Assembly: GCA_022605425.2 (NCBI GenBank)
Contig: CM061252.1
Location: forward strand, 620,001 to 684,000
Origin: Hamiltosporidium tvaerminnensis FI-OER-3-3
Taxonomy: Eukaryota; Fungi; Microsporidia
Reading direction: 5' to 3'
Length of the DNA stretch: 64,000 nucleotides
Part shown: positions 40,401 through 52,685 of the stretch, piece by piece
How positions within the stretch are numbered: position 1 is the first letter of the stretch
Layout: each line of letters starts with the position of its first letter
Notes under the pieces: model-generated
Databases searched by the model: none
What the model was told of the DNA's origin: nothing
Seen by the model: only the letters and a program-made list of their open reading frames with translations
Made by a program: the position numbers and the translations under genes

Positions 40401-41027
40401 GGATATAAAGACAGTGAAGGTAATTTTTGGATTCGTGGTAGAGTAGATGATGTGTTAAATGTTAGTGGACATAGGCTTAGTACTGCTGAGATTGAGAGTG
40501 CAGCTTGTAGTGATAAGTGTATATCTGAGGCTGCTGTTGTTAGTGTTAATGATTCTATTACAGGACAAGCTATTGTTATGTTTGTAGTGAGGAGGAGCAA
40601 GAATGAGGAAGGGGGTAATAAGGAAGGTGTGAATAAGAATAAGGAAGGAGTGAATAAGAATAAGGAAGGAGTGAATAAGAATAAGGAAGGGGGTAATAAG
40701 GAAGGAGTAAATAAGAATAAGGAAGGAGTGAATAAGAATATGGAAGGAGGGAATAAGAATATGGAAGATAAGAACAAGGAAGAATATAAGGATCTTGATG
40801 AGGAGGATGTTGTTAAGGGACTGAAACAAACCTTAAGAAATCGTATTGGACCTATTATTCATGTGAAGAGGGTTATATTCTGTGAGGAGTTACCTAAAAC
40901 AAGGACAGGTAAAATTATGAGAAGAGTTTTAAGAAGTTTGTTGACTGGTGAGAGTGTTGGTGATGTTTCTACTTGTTCTGATAAGGATGTTATTGATAAG
41001 ATACGGTGTGTTGTTAACAAGGGGTGA
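37443..41027 (+). CDS. ACS: Acetyl-CoA synthetase (AMP-forming) with large low-complexity insertions
   Basis: WFIDGKINACYNCVDRH, YTSGSTGKPKG, ADIGWITGHSY, VGEPIN, DTYWQTE, GRVDDVLNVSGHRL and LPKTRTGKIMRR. Confidence 0.96.
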   Translation: MKDINKEINKSKDDKGNEGSRDKIKEDKTKGKEDRNKEDKNKGNRNKEDKTKEDKTKTKEDKTKGKEDRNKEDKTKEDKTKGKEDRNKEDKNKGNRNKGNRNKGNRNKEDNTITNNTFHSKYFSMYKDSLINKQSFFKEKALKHLTWHIPFTQTYNEEFNTANSQWFIDGKINACYNCVDRHLVNDTGKEGDIGKDSRLEGDIGKDTSYKGVSDKDSSYKGVNDKDSSYKGVNDKDTSYKGVSDKDSNMKGVNDKDTSYKGVSDKDSNMKGVNDKDSNIKGVNDKDTSYKGVNDKDTSYKGVSDKDSNIKGVNDKDSNIKGVNDKDTSYKGVNDKDTSYKGVSDKDSNIKGVNDKDSNTTTKTTNNTSNKYALICTDNDNRVTTYTYKQLYDNIIQISNYIDSLSLPSNTSITVYMPMSQLPVFVTLACARLGITHNVVFGGYSAESLALRISDSNSSLLVSIDKTRRGTHSIDFLKNIRVALDILKKEGNTTLKHVLIFDSGEGGIEGDVIEGCNRVDGIKDISNRDISNKDISNKDISNRDISNRDSIKDISNKDISNKDISNTKDTNNLTPNTNPTTNNTNPTTNNTNPTTNNHISVAYWSSIPKNNKHIPCVPVSSEHPLFYLYTSGSTGKPKGIIHSTGGYLLYVLLTTKYCFNVNKSDIFMCTADIGWITGHSYAMYGPLLLGCTTVLYNGLPIYPSEYRMFNIIEKYKVTHFYTAPTVIRILQRVFNNGGSVSGVEGSKGVSDKLEGKDVLKGVCSNDSVIGSVSTSESSIGSVKGNDSVIGSVSTSESSIGSISSVNISANEQQGVNTNTFKQDPVTNSTNDYHPVNTNTNEQHPVTNTQPSCIDDFDLSSLRVLGTVGEPINTNAYKWFSRYFGRDKLPIIDTYWQTEAGGVMISPIVNVSTNIPECAGIPFLGMEPMIIKSNSSKEKIVQAGIGEMGALVFKGGWPGIARGIVKDKSRFEESYFNKYKGYYYTGDEGYKDSEGNFWIRGRVDDVLNVSGHRLSTAEIESAACSDKCISEAAVVSVNDSITGQAIVMFVVRRSKNEEGGNKEGVNKNKEGVNKNKEGVNKNKEGGNKEGVNKNKEGVNKNMEGGNKNMEDKNKEEYKDLDEEDVVKGLKQTLRNRIGPIIHVKRVIFCEELPKTRTGKIMRRVLRSLLTGESVGDVSTCSDKDVIDKIRCVVNKG

Positions 41028-41379
41028 GTGAGGAGAGGAAAGGATGGGAGAGGAGAAATGAGGAGAGGATGGATGAGTGAGTGAGGGGGGGTGGAAAGGA
41101 GAGGATGGAGGAGGTATATGGGCCAGAGGAGGTGAATTAAAAGTTTTATGCGTTTTTTTATGTTTAATTTACTTTTATACTTTTTTTGTTTATGCGTTTA
41201 TGCGAAGAGAAGTGCATTTTTATGCTTTAAGGTAATTAAAGCTTTGATTGGTTAAAGGTAAATATTTTTGACTTTTTTATATTTAAATATTATTAAGTTA
41301 TAATTTTAAAGTTTTGAATTTTATAAAATAATTTTTACTTTGTTTAATATTTAAATCTTATTCAATAATTTATAGTTTG

Positions 41380-44300
41380 TATGGGTGTAAGGAAAAATGC
41401 TGGTAAAAAAACAAGAAAATTATAAAATAAAGACTGAAAACGATGCTGATAAGGGGCAAAAGGTGATGAAGTGATGCAAAACCGTGAGAAACACCTAAAG
41501 CGAATATTCTATCTTCCATTTCTTACACAAAACCAACACATCAATCATCAAGCCAAACATGCAAAATAGTGGGGTTGACACCTTACCTTCGATTATTACA
41601 CACTTCCTTCTTCGGTAGAAGTTTCTGTGTGTGAGCCATCGTACGAAATGGAAAACCCCTGTACTCTAGCTATTTCTGAAGGTAACATTCTAAGGGCACT
41701 GCTGACGATATTCGATTCCGTAACAGCCGACCTGAATGAATGGCCTCGAATTGTTTTTTTCTTGCAGTACAGACAGGGTTTGAAAGAATGCCAAGAACTA
41801 GCTGAACAGAGCTTCGGAGATAGTATAATGAGAAATCCAACAGCGCTGTAAATCTCGAAGAATTATAAATATTAGCACAAAGTGAGATCGAAAAAGAGTA
41901 ATATTAGAAAATAATAGGAGAGCGAATTAGAATCGCTACTTGTATCGCTGATGCATGAACCCTGACCGACACCACTAAATACATAAACCCGAGAGATAAA
42001 TTTTTGAGAAAAATCAAGGAACTCTCGGAGAAGGAAATTGTACCAGTGGTGGTCCGAACTAGAAAACATCCAAATGAATGGTTGATAGTAAAGTTCTGGA
42101 TCTCATTAATCGAATTATCGGTGAGTATGCTGATTCTCATGTGCCGATGACGGTAACTGGCGTGGCACGGATAATTCAGGCAGCACGAGCATGCATTGAC
42201 GAGATGAAAAGCAATGCTAAACTTATATTTGCTTGGAAGGAAAGCAAAGAAAGAAAATTTTCTAAGCTATTACTTTCCAAAGATCTTCTCGTGTAGGATT
42301 GTAGGTAGGAAGGGCTCTTCCTCTCAAACAAAAACTCTCAGAAAAATTATGCGGGAGTTCAATTTAGACTTAAGCAAAACGAATGATCTTTCTGAGGCTT
42401 TGGTTAAGAAGACAAGAGCCTTGAATATTTACGAGAAAAAAATTACTATGACGGAAATTAAGAGAATTCAGAAGAGAGAATCGTATATTTGAGCTTTTAC
42501 GAGGTAGATTTTATCTAGGGTTATCTGAGCGTTTTGAATCTGAGCATGTGGTCAAACGTGATGAAATTGTGAGTTTTTGGTCTACAATGTGGAACAAAAA
42601 TGATGACACAGTCACGTACGATGATTATTTGATTCTTGTTGTATTAGATAATTATCGTACCATCTTTCCTTAACTTGATGAATTTGTAGATATAATCAAT
42701 TGACTGCCTTAATTGGAATGCTGCAGTAATAATGGTATCTACAATTTCTACATCAAGAAACTTACAACTCTTCACAAATATCTTTATGATATTTTGAAAG
42801 TTATATGTTTAGAAGGAAACCCTCAAGCCGATTGGTTTTACAGCGGGCTTACCTATTTGATACCTAAAGGCACATTATGAGGGTTCTGACTATAGACGAA
42901 TAGCTATATGTCGAACCTATACAAGATTCAAAGCAATGCGCAACAAAAGTAGTTCAGCTAGGGTTCTAAAGGTCGGGTTGCTTGCAGAGAATCAGTTGGG
43001 AGCAGTTAGAGGTGTGCAGGGAGCGAAAGAGCAGGCTCTACTGAATATTGCCTTAAATAAAGAGTATGGAAATAATCTTAAGGCAACATGGATTGATGTT
43101 AAAAAAGCTTATGATTCAATAGATCATGCTTATTTAACTTAATGTATCAAAAACCTTAATTTACTGATTAGATACCGAAATTTATTAAGGTAATTATATC
43201 AAAATGGAAAATTGATATATCAGTAGGGCCTGAAAAAATCATGAACCAGAAGATTCAGAGAGGGATTCTACAAGGAGATAGTTTGTCACCATTGTTATTT
43301 GTGTTGTGTATGGATCCATTAAGCCGAAAGCTAAATGAAAAATACACAAAAGTGACAGTACAAACAGATGCAGAATCCCATTCTACTAATAATCTCTTGT
43401 TTATTGATGATCTTAAGGCCTTGCTAAAGACAGTTCGACATTGAGTGCTATGACAGACGAGGCAAAGGTATTTTTAGAGGTTATTGGCTTAGAGATTAAC
43501 AAAGAGAAGTAGCCACAAATGATACGTGTTGTGAAGACACTGCTACTCTTCTAGAAGGTGTTAGTGTTTACAAATATTTAGGAATATTAGAAGATAGCAG
43601 AAGAATTCCAATACGTAGCTCATTTGAAGATGTACAAAGCAAACTAATAGCAAGAGTTTTAAGACTTTTTCACACGAGATTAAATGTAAAAAATCAATTT
43701 TCAGCAATCAATCAACATGCGATATCGTTAATCAACTATCACATAGGAGTACTTCGACTTGAACCGGCTGACTTCTCTAAGTTAGATGATGCAGTGCGTG
43801 CGGTGTTGGTGAAGAATAAGATACATCTTCGCCCAGGATGTAAAGAGCGTTTATACCTTCCTAGAACAGAACTGGGAAGAGGCTTGCATAGTGTTGAGGT
43901 GCGAAGTGAACATATGCTTCTACAACTCTTGGATTGTCTGGAAAAAAATAAAGAAATATCAACCAAACGAGCAGCAATCCTCAAGGTGGAGAATAATAAT
44001 AAAACCCATCTTGCACTAATAAAAGGCTTCTTAAAAGTAAAGTACAGGTTGGTAGAAGAAGTCACTAAGAAAAGTTTAGAAGAAGCTCAACTTGCAAAAC
44101 TATATAACGAAATAGAAAAACGAAAACTCCATTCAAAGTTATATAATGCAAGAAAAAATGGGCTCGTGAGTGTTAGTGACTCTTCAAGATGGCTAAAGAG
44201 AGGAAATATTAGGCCACGAAATGAAGCTGTGTTCTGCTATATCCAGGATAGAAATGTATTCTGGGGAGCAGATGGTGTGTGTCAACATTGCGGGAAGTCT

Positions 44301-45155
44301 AGCAAGACTGTAGATCATCTAGCAACTAGATGTGAAAAAATGCTAGACCATGATTACACTAGACGGCATAATGAAGTGGTCAGATACCTACACCTTCTTC
44401 TTCTAAATAGATATAAGTTTAAGTCTTCAAAACGAATAAGGAGCCACTCAGTTCAAGAAATTCTTCATAATGAGTATGCAGAGATAAGAGTGGACACCAG
44501 AATTAAAACTGATGTTAAAATTCGGAATAACAGACCGGACATATTTATTTTAGATAAGAAGAAGAATAAGATAATACTCATTGAAGTAGGAATCACTTCC
44601 CAAGATTCACTTCAAATAGTTGAAACTGAAAAACTTAGGAAGTATGACCTGTTAGCCAATGAGTTGGGTCTTATTTATAAGTGTAGTGTTGAGATAATCC
44701 CTTATGTGATGACCTGGGACGGTATTGTGACAAAATACCATAAATCTCATCTTAAAAGACTAGAAATACCCATGAATGTAGAGGCATACATTCAGTCTAT
44801 AGTACTTAAGAAAACAGTCGAAACAATTTCCTTTGATCGACGAAGAGGACTTGAATCAGGACTAAATGCCGAAGAGAGCTGGGAGAGAGCGTCAATGAGT
44901 GTTATTATGAGATCAGAGGTGCATGAGGAACCAATACCCCCTTTAAAAGAAGAGAAGAGAGAGGAAGATGGTGAAAAAAATTTTAAACCAAAAAATAAAG
45001 CACCCCTTATTTCACAAGGAGGAACCACTTTAGAGGAACCGACCAATAACATAAAGTAAGAGTCGGATTTGGAAGAAAAGACAAAAGTGGTTAAATAGGT
45101 AAAAGAAAACATATAAAAATGTTAAAAATATTTTAACCCAGAATTTTATTAAATA
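41380..45155 (+). mobile_element. Near full-length, decayed non-LTR retrotransposon (RT + CCHC + RLE; R2/R4/NeSL-like group)
   Basis: Frameshifted RT motifs WIDVKKAYDSI, GILQGDSLSPLLF, LFIDD and YKYLG. C-terminal ORF 43794-45059 is intact. The 5' boundary is approximate. Confidence 0.9.
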
Positions 45156-45482
45156 AATATTAAATTTGATTGAAAATTTTTTTGTAATTAAACTACTTTC
45201 TAAATTTATAATTTATATTAAATTTGATGAAAAATATTTTTTTTAAATTTGTTTACTTTGAATAAGGTCATATTCAAGTTTAATTTCCTGTTTTATATAA
45301 TTACATAACTGTTTGATATTTCATTATATGTATCTTAAAATGGAAAAACCTGTAATAAAAATGGGTTATATTTATGTATAGAAGATATAAAAGGTAAATA
45401 TTTTTGTTTCTAGTGTATATTTCTTTTATAGAGTAAAAAAGACAGAATCTTATGATTTACGGTTAAATTCAACAAATATTAA

Positions 45483-45636
45483 TAGGAAATATTTCTTTAT
45501 TGAAATTAATATATCTTCATACTTAGAAGCAATATAATATACCGAAAAAAAATTAGGAAATATTTCTTTATTGAAATTAATATATCTTCATACTTAGAAT
45601 CAATATAATATACCGAAAAAAAATTAGGAAATATTT
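45483..45636. repeat. ~72-bp tandem duplication upstream of the 45670 gene
   Basis: TAGGAAATATTTCTTTATTGAAATTAATATATCTTCATACTTAGAA... occurs twice. Confidence 0.85.
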
Positions 45637-45650
45637 TAAAAGTACAAATA
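45635..45650 (+). promoter_or_regulatory. Shared TATA-like motif AAAAGTAYAAATA upstream of small secreted-protein genes (also ~12831, 17181, 49264, 52338)
   Basis: The motif G lies 26-31 nt before the start position at all five loci. Confidence 0.55.
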
Positions 45651-45669
45651 CGTGAGAATATAATTTTAT

Positions 45670-46074
45670 ATGCATTTAATTTTGTATTTTTTTGTAAGTA
45701 AAATAAAAATGTCTTCAAATTATGGTCTTTGTCATGTACCTTTAGATCAGATGGATATATTTAGCCACAATTGTATAATGTTTGAAGCGAATACTTTATA
45801 CTCCAATGATGAATCAAATAGATATAATAATATAAATGAATCAAACGATATAAACGAATTCGACCTTATAAAAGAATCAGCAGGTAAAGATACATTCAAC
45901 GGTATAAATGAAACATATGGTACAAATAAAACAGATGGTATAAATGAAACACAAGTTACGGAAGAATTCATTAGTGCTAATGAATCCGATAATACAACTG
46001 AATTCAACAGTACAAATGAATCAAATAATAAGTCAATTACTATTTCAAACAATGAAAGCAACTTCATGAAATAA
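45670..46074 (+). CDS. Small putative secreted protein, family 2, with Asn-Glu-Ser/Thr repeats
   Basis: Hydrophobic N-terminus. CHVPLDQMDIFSHNC..F...TLYS aligns with the 49299 ORF. Confidence 0.65.
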   Translation: MHLILYFFVSKIKMSSNYGLCHVPLDQMDIFSHNCIMFEANTLYSNDESNRYNNINESNDINEFDLIKESAGKDTFNGINETYGTNKTDGINETQVTEEFISANESDNTTEFNSTNESNNKSITISNNESNFMK

Positions 46075-47239
46075 TAATGAGGTAAGAAATAAGAAAAGAA
46101 ATAAAAAAAGCATTAGGATAAGCAATAAGATTACCGTGAAGAATATTAACATTTATAGCGAGAAAAATAGTAATATAAAGCCAAATACTAACATTACAAG
46201 ACCTTTGAATCTATTTACTAATTATAGAAGGCTTTTTCCTTAATAAGTTATTCTATATATTTTGTTTTATGATATCAGTAAAATAGAAGATATTCGATTT
46301 TTAAAATGAATTAAATGTTGTTTTTTAACGTGTTGTACTAATCTTTTATTGGTTTATAATAAAATCTGTTTAATTTTAGATCTAAAGTTCCTTGTTTAAA
46401 ATTTTTTTATAGTTTGTTTTGATTTGTTTCCATTGGTTTATAGTTAATATTACTTTTGACAAGTTTTGTGTAGTTTTTTTTAAAAAATTGCTGTTTATAA
46501 TTTTACAGTTATAATTACTTTTAAAAAAATTATATTTGAAGCTTTTCCAATATTTTATATCTGGTTATGTTATTTTGTATTTTTTAAACAAGTTACAATT
46601 TAATTAATATCAATGTAATTAATTTATATAATAATAACTTAATATAAGCATTTTAATATTTACTGTTTAAAGATATTTAAGGTACATAGTTATATCTAAG
46701 ATGTACATTTCTTTTTAATTATATCAAGATTTTTTTACTGTATTTTAAGTACTAATTTCTATAGGCATTAATGAGCTTCTACTTTCTAGTCAGTGTACTA
46801 ATTGCAATACAAATCTTTAAGTAATTTATTATTCGTAAGTATTTCATTTTTTTAGCTTTGTTTAATACTATGTGGAAGAATAGTTCAAAATATTATTTGA
46901 TACTAAAATTAAGAAGAATACTTTTAAAAGTAATAAAACGTGTAATTTATATTAAACGAAAAAGATATAACAGCTTTCTACGATAAAAAAAATAAATTAG
47001 ATATATTAAAATTGAATACCAAGCAATATCTTGATTTCGAATATTTTGTAAAATCGGTAATTAATATGAATCATATTTTTTTATTAGTTGTAAAAAAATT
47101 ATATTTAAATTATTCGTATAGTAAAACATTGTCTTATTATACTTATAAATTGTTCTCATAATTTTGCTAATTTGGAATTTAAATATTACAGATGTTTTTG
47201 ATTAAATAACAGTGTTTTAATAAAAAAAATGGTATAAAC

Positions 47240-47376
47240 ATTACTTCTATTATAGAATATATTTTGATTAATTGCAATCTTTTTAATAAGAAACTGGTTT
47301 AATTAGAAATAAGTATAAATATTACTTCTATAATAGAATATATTTTGATTAATTGCAATCTTTTTAATAAGAAACT
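47240..47376. repeat. Direct duplication of ~55 bp
   Basis: ATTACTTCTAT.ATAGAATATATTTTGATTAATTGCAATCTTTTTAATAAGAAACT occurs twice. Confidence 0.8.
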
Positions 47377-49298
47377 TTTTGTTAAGTTTAAGATTAGAAA
47401 TTAACTTTTTTGAAAAATATTGTAGGAATATAAACAAAATATAATAATTCTTTTAGTTCGAATGACTTTTTATAAATTAAAGGTTCTCATATTTTATATG
47501 TACAAGTAAAACGATATGTTTTATAAATTACTAATATATTTCTATAAAAATATAAGACTCTTTTTTTTATGAGAACGATGAGTTTCTATAAAAATCTAGT
47601 TCTTCAAATATTTTATTTAAACTTTCTATTAATATTCTAATAGTTACACATAACTTTGAACAAATCTAAATTCATTTTTTTTTTTAAATAAAATATCTAA
47701 ACCTTTAGTATTATGTTAATCTCTATATGTAATTGGTTTGTAATCAAGGTTTGTTGGTTTATGATAGCGTATTTATGAACATATCTTATAAACCAAATGT
47801 ATTCTTAAGGTTGCTAAATGTACTTTTCAGATATAATTACATTTTAAATATCCATTAAAAATTTACTTCAAAATATTTTGACTTAACATTGATTAAATGG
47901 CTGTTAAGCTGGCAAAACGAACTTAATTTAACATTCCAAGAAACTAATGTATATTATCTTCTGAAACTATATGCACAGGTCTTCAATTTCGTAATAATTT
48001 TATTCGAGTATTTATATTCTCACCTAGTCGGTTTTTTTGTATATTTTTTAATCTCATATCATATGTTTAGGCTTTTTTTACTAATAAATAAAAAAATTTA
48101 TAACAGTATTTAAATTTTTTTGCCTTGTTTCTTCTGAAATACTTGCTTTGGATTTTGTAGAGTTTCTTTCGGCATTTTTTGTTTATTCTGTTCGATTTGC
48201 TACAAATTCTGGATCGCTTCAATTTTTTTTCTCGTTGAGGTTTATGAGTGCGAAGCCTTTTCTTTGTCAGGAAAAACGGTTCAAATTTGCGATATATTGT
48301 GTAATTAATTCGATACTTTTATAACCTCTTAATCATCTCAAGTAAAAATTTTTAAAATTAATCAGGTATAAGATTCCAGCAATAATTGCGTAATGCATTA
48401 TTATTAAGGTTACAAATAAATAGCACTCAGAAAAGGCAAAAAAATTAATACTGTTATACGATTGTTCATTTATTAGTAAAAAAACCAAATAGTATTACAA
48501 CCTTAGTTAAATTGATTCTTACTCTATAACATATTTATAATTTGGATTCTTTTATATTGAACTTTATGATTAGAGCAGGAAATGAAAAGGATTCACTGAG
48601 GGCATTTTATCTTCCCATAAACATGTCTTTATCTTCCTAAGAAAAAAATTTCACCTTCTTTGATATTATTTATTATCATTTCCGATAAAATTCCTTTTAT
48701 ATCTCATTTATTATTCCAAATTAAGGAAGTTTTCAATTAAAGTATAATATTTTTCTGCTTAAATTAAATATTTTATAATAAAATGCCAGTTATTTTTCAG
48801 AATATAAAATAATAAATATTTTTTTTCAAGATAAATTAAAAATTGCCAAAAAAACGATTATATTATCTACCTTTCTTTAAAAATTTTGTTTAAAATATAT
48901 CAAAGTTAGGTTTTTGTAATTAATTTTATTTTGATCTAAAATTATATCAATAAGTTTATAAAGGCTTGGAATTAAGAGTACAGTAAGTCTTTTTGGTTTT
49001 AACAATTTTATATTGCTTAATTAATATATCTTTACAAATATATTTAAAAGTAATGATATCTGATGGTGAGAGTATACGTACATATTAAATTCATTGTAAA
49101 ATTCTATCTTTTACTAATCCGTATTTTAGCCAATAAATTGGAACATTTAAAAAATTTGAATAGACGATTCTGTTTTTTTTTTTAAATAGCTCCCAGTTTA
49201 ATTATTTTCCAATCAAATTTTTTTTAACATTTAGGAGAATATAGATTAAAAAAATATTTTTAAAAAAGTATAAATATATGGAGAAATAGTATTTTAAA

Positions 49299-49601
49299 AT
49301 GATATTTCTGGTTTCTTTTTTTTTCTTTAAAATAGAAACTTCATCATATCATGGAATTTTTCAGATACCTAACGATCAATTTGATACCTTTAGAAATCAT
49401 TGTGAAATTTTTAAACAAGGTACTTTGTATTCTGGTGATAACGTGAATGAACCAAACGCAAATACAATTTTCCCCGCAATTTCAGATAAGTTTTTACAAG
49501 AAAAAATCAATAAAGTAAATGAAGAAATCAAAAGTCGAAATCCGATAGAGTTAGGGAATCCAAAATTTGAGGGCTGGGGAACAAATTTTCTAAACGGATA
49601 G
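49299..49601 (+). CDS. Small putative secreted protein, family 2
   Basis: Signal-like N-terminus. QIPNDQFDTFRNHC..F...TLYS. Confidence 0.65.
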   Translation: MIFLVSFFFFKIETSSYHGIFQIPNDQFDTFRNHCEIFKQGTLYSGDNVNEPNANTIFPAISDKFLQEKINKVNEEIKSRNPIELGNPKFEGWGTNFLNG

Positions 49602-52372
49602 TCTTTTTTAGTCATGATTTTTCAAGTAATTGGTTTTTTATACCCAAAGTCGAAAATAAAACAAATATTATCAAATAATATTAAAAACCTTTGTTGTCTT
49701 AATTTTATAAAAACCTTCTAACATTTTTAAACTTTTTATTTCAAGAAAATATAAATCATGAATATTTCAAAGCATCGAAAAATTGTTAGATTTCTTGCGG
49801 AAGGCTTTCACAATATCTTGGAGTTTTAAACAAGCTAAATTTCGGGATTTTTGATATACGAGCCTATTTACGGAAGTTGGAGGTAAAAATTTGACATAAG
49901 TCATATATAAGCATTGAAGGTTTCATTCACATTTATTTAAATTCCAATATCTTAATTTTACCTGTATTTGTCTCTACCGGGTTGATCAACTAAAGAAATC
50001 ATAATTTTTACACTTCATACATATAAGATACATTATCAATTCTTGAAAAAAATGATTACAACACTCTGCAGATATATATGAAAAATCTTTAGGCAATTTG
50101 ATTAGAAGTGAAAACTAATAAATAAAAATTCCCGAGACTTTGATATTTAATTTTTTTAATGGTTTTTTTATAATACACCGATTGTTTTCGTGCTTAAATT
50201 AATGTTTAAGTTTGATAGTTTGTATGTTTCTATAATATTAAGATATTATGATATAAATAATCTTAAACTTCAAATCAAGATATTATATATTTTATGAATA
50301 GTATTAACAATATTTTTTCTTTGAATATTTGCGGTATAAAATTTTAAAAGAAAAACTTTTATTTATTGCTTAATAACGTTAGTTTTCATTGTTTTTTTAT
50401 ATATTTTCACATTCAAAACAGAGTAATGTAATCAGTTGTATCTTAAAACCAATATTTCTCCATTAAATATGAATTATAAAAAATCAAGATGAATTGTAAA
50501 ATTTATTTGATGATTAAACTGATTAATTCTTTTTGATACGCAATTACTATTTAAATAGATTTCCTATATTTTAGCAATACATTAAGCTCTCGGGTTGTCA
50601 TTTAAAAAGATTATAGAATCATATCTGCAAAAATATTTCTAAAAAAGAATATTTGCCAGAAACATTATAAATATAAAAAAACGGTGTTTATATAAAATAG
50701 AATACTTATCAAAACCTATGAATCCTAGATAATATTTAATTAAAAGAGATTCTTAAGGTAATTGATTTAATAATTTCTTATTATTGCTAATTGACTTTAA
50801 TATATATTTTTGAAATCAAACCGATGAATCAGTTAGAATCTTTATTTTCAAAAATTACTAGAAATTTCCGTATATTTAAAAGAAAAATATGTAAAAATGA
50901 TACTTTAAGACTGTTTAGATTATTTATTTCGGTTGTCTGGAAAACTCATTGTTCTAATTTTCAAAAAGTATTAGACTAAGTATTTTTATGAATAACTAGT
51001 ATAATTGAGAAGAAATCTATAATTAATATATTCAAAGCTATGAAAATATTCAATCAGCAGCATATTTGCCTTTATGGGTTTAATATAATTCATTGTCTAA
51101 ATAATTTTGCGTTTTAAGTTAAATCTTGAAAAGATATAATCATTACTGGATAATTAAGGTCGATTAATGTTTGTAAATACAAAAAAAAAGAAATCCGTAA
51201 ATTAATAGATTATCTCTTTGATCATATAGTTCGTTTAAAAATTAAAAATATTAGCATTTTTTAGATGTAAAAAACGAATAAAATAGTTATTTATATTAAA
51301 TAATTCTTCTTGTTTGTTTAGTATTTTAATAGTTTTTAATTTAAGAATGCTTTAGAAAGTTTTTATATTTTATAATTTTTACAAAATATTGTAATTAAAT
51401 GATACCTACTGTAAGAACAATCAATTCGCGTACTTTTTTTGGTTTATTTTGCTTTTTTTAACATTTTTTATGTGTTTCCTAAAATATCTGATTAGAATTC
51501 GTTGTAATTGCTTCAAATGACTAAAAACCTTTTTTGGTCCATATTGACTCATTCTTTGATAAGAAACCCATCCAAAAGAGTAGATGGAATTAATCTTGTG
51601 TTTTTTTAAGAATTCTATATTATTTCAAGCAATCCAACTCATTTTCTATAGAATTCAAAGTCTAATGTTTTGTATGTTTAATGTGATTATAAAAAAAAAT
51701 TCTGATTTATTTTGATGTTTTTTCCTCTAAGCTTTCCAAAAAAAATATTAAAAATTTGTGAAAATGTCGTTTGATGATCAAGAAATAAATAAAAAAAGGT
51801 ATAAAATATTTAAAATCTATTCTACAAGAACTATCTCGATATATTGCCTCAACCATTTTATTTTAAAGCACAATATATAAAAATTTTTGTAAAAAAATCA
51901 TATTATCTATTAGAAATCCTAATTAATAATAAAAGTAAAAAAAAATTTAAATAAAAAACGAATAAATTGCTATCTTAACAAACAAACCATAATTCTTTTT
52001 GTAATTTACAGGTAATATTTAGTCCCAATTTATCGTTTATGAATATAATATTTCGAAAAAAATATATAATTTTATATAAATTTACAAAAATTAATTTAGG
52101 AATATCATATTTCCTCAAATGGACAAAGAAGTCTTGTATTGTTATATAACACATCTTTTAATACAATTTTTTTAATTTAATTTGAATTTTCTTTTATATT
52201 AAAAAGATACAAGTTTTGATGTGCCGAATTATTTCAAAACAAATTTAAAAGTTTGTAAAATATTTTTATTATTTAAAAAAATTGTTAATTACTTGAATTT
52301 AAAAAAATAGCGAAAATTAATTTACAATTTTTTTTAAAAAAGTATAAATAGAATAAGAAAATATAATTCTAT

Positions 52373-52685
52373 ATGATATTTTTATTGTTTGTAATATTTT
52401 TAGATGTCAGAATGACATTGGTCTGTGAGATTTGTAAGATACCTATGAACCAAACACATATATTTAATGATCATTGTTCATATTTAAATCAAAAATATTA
52501 AATTCATAAGATTTCTTTAATAATATAAATATGAATACGGAACCACAAAATATTATTAGCCCGAAACCAAATATTGAAAATACAAATGAAAAGATACAAA
52601 ATCAAACTCAAAGAAATGCGATTAAAAATAACAAAAAACGACTTGGATCTTATAAAACATCACCAGAAAGGCTTTTCTTTGACTG
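52373..52685 (+). pseudogene. Family 2 paralog, truncated at 42 aa (stop 52499-52501)
   Basis: Hand translation MIFLLFVIFLDVRMTLVCEICKIPMNQTHIFNDHCSYLNQKY*. An Asn-rich frame continues to a TGA near 52685. Confidence 0.65.

Noticed and set aside
37392-40829. Many hydrophobic antisense or alternate-frame ORFs
   Set aside because: Shadows of the ACS tandem repeats.
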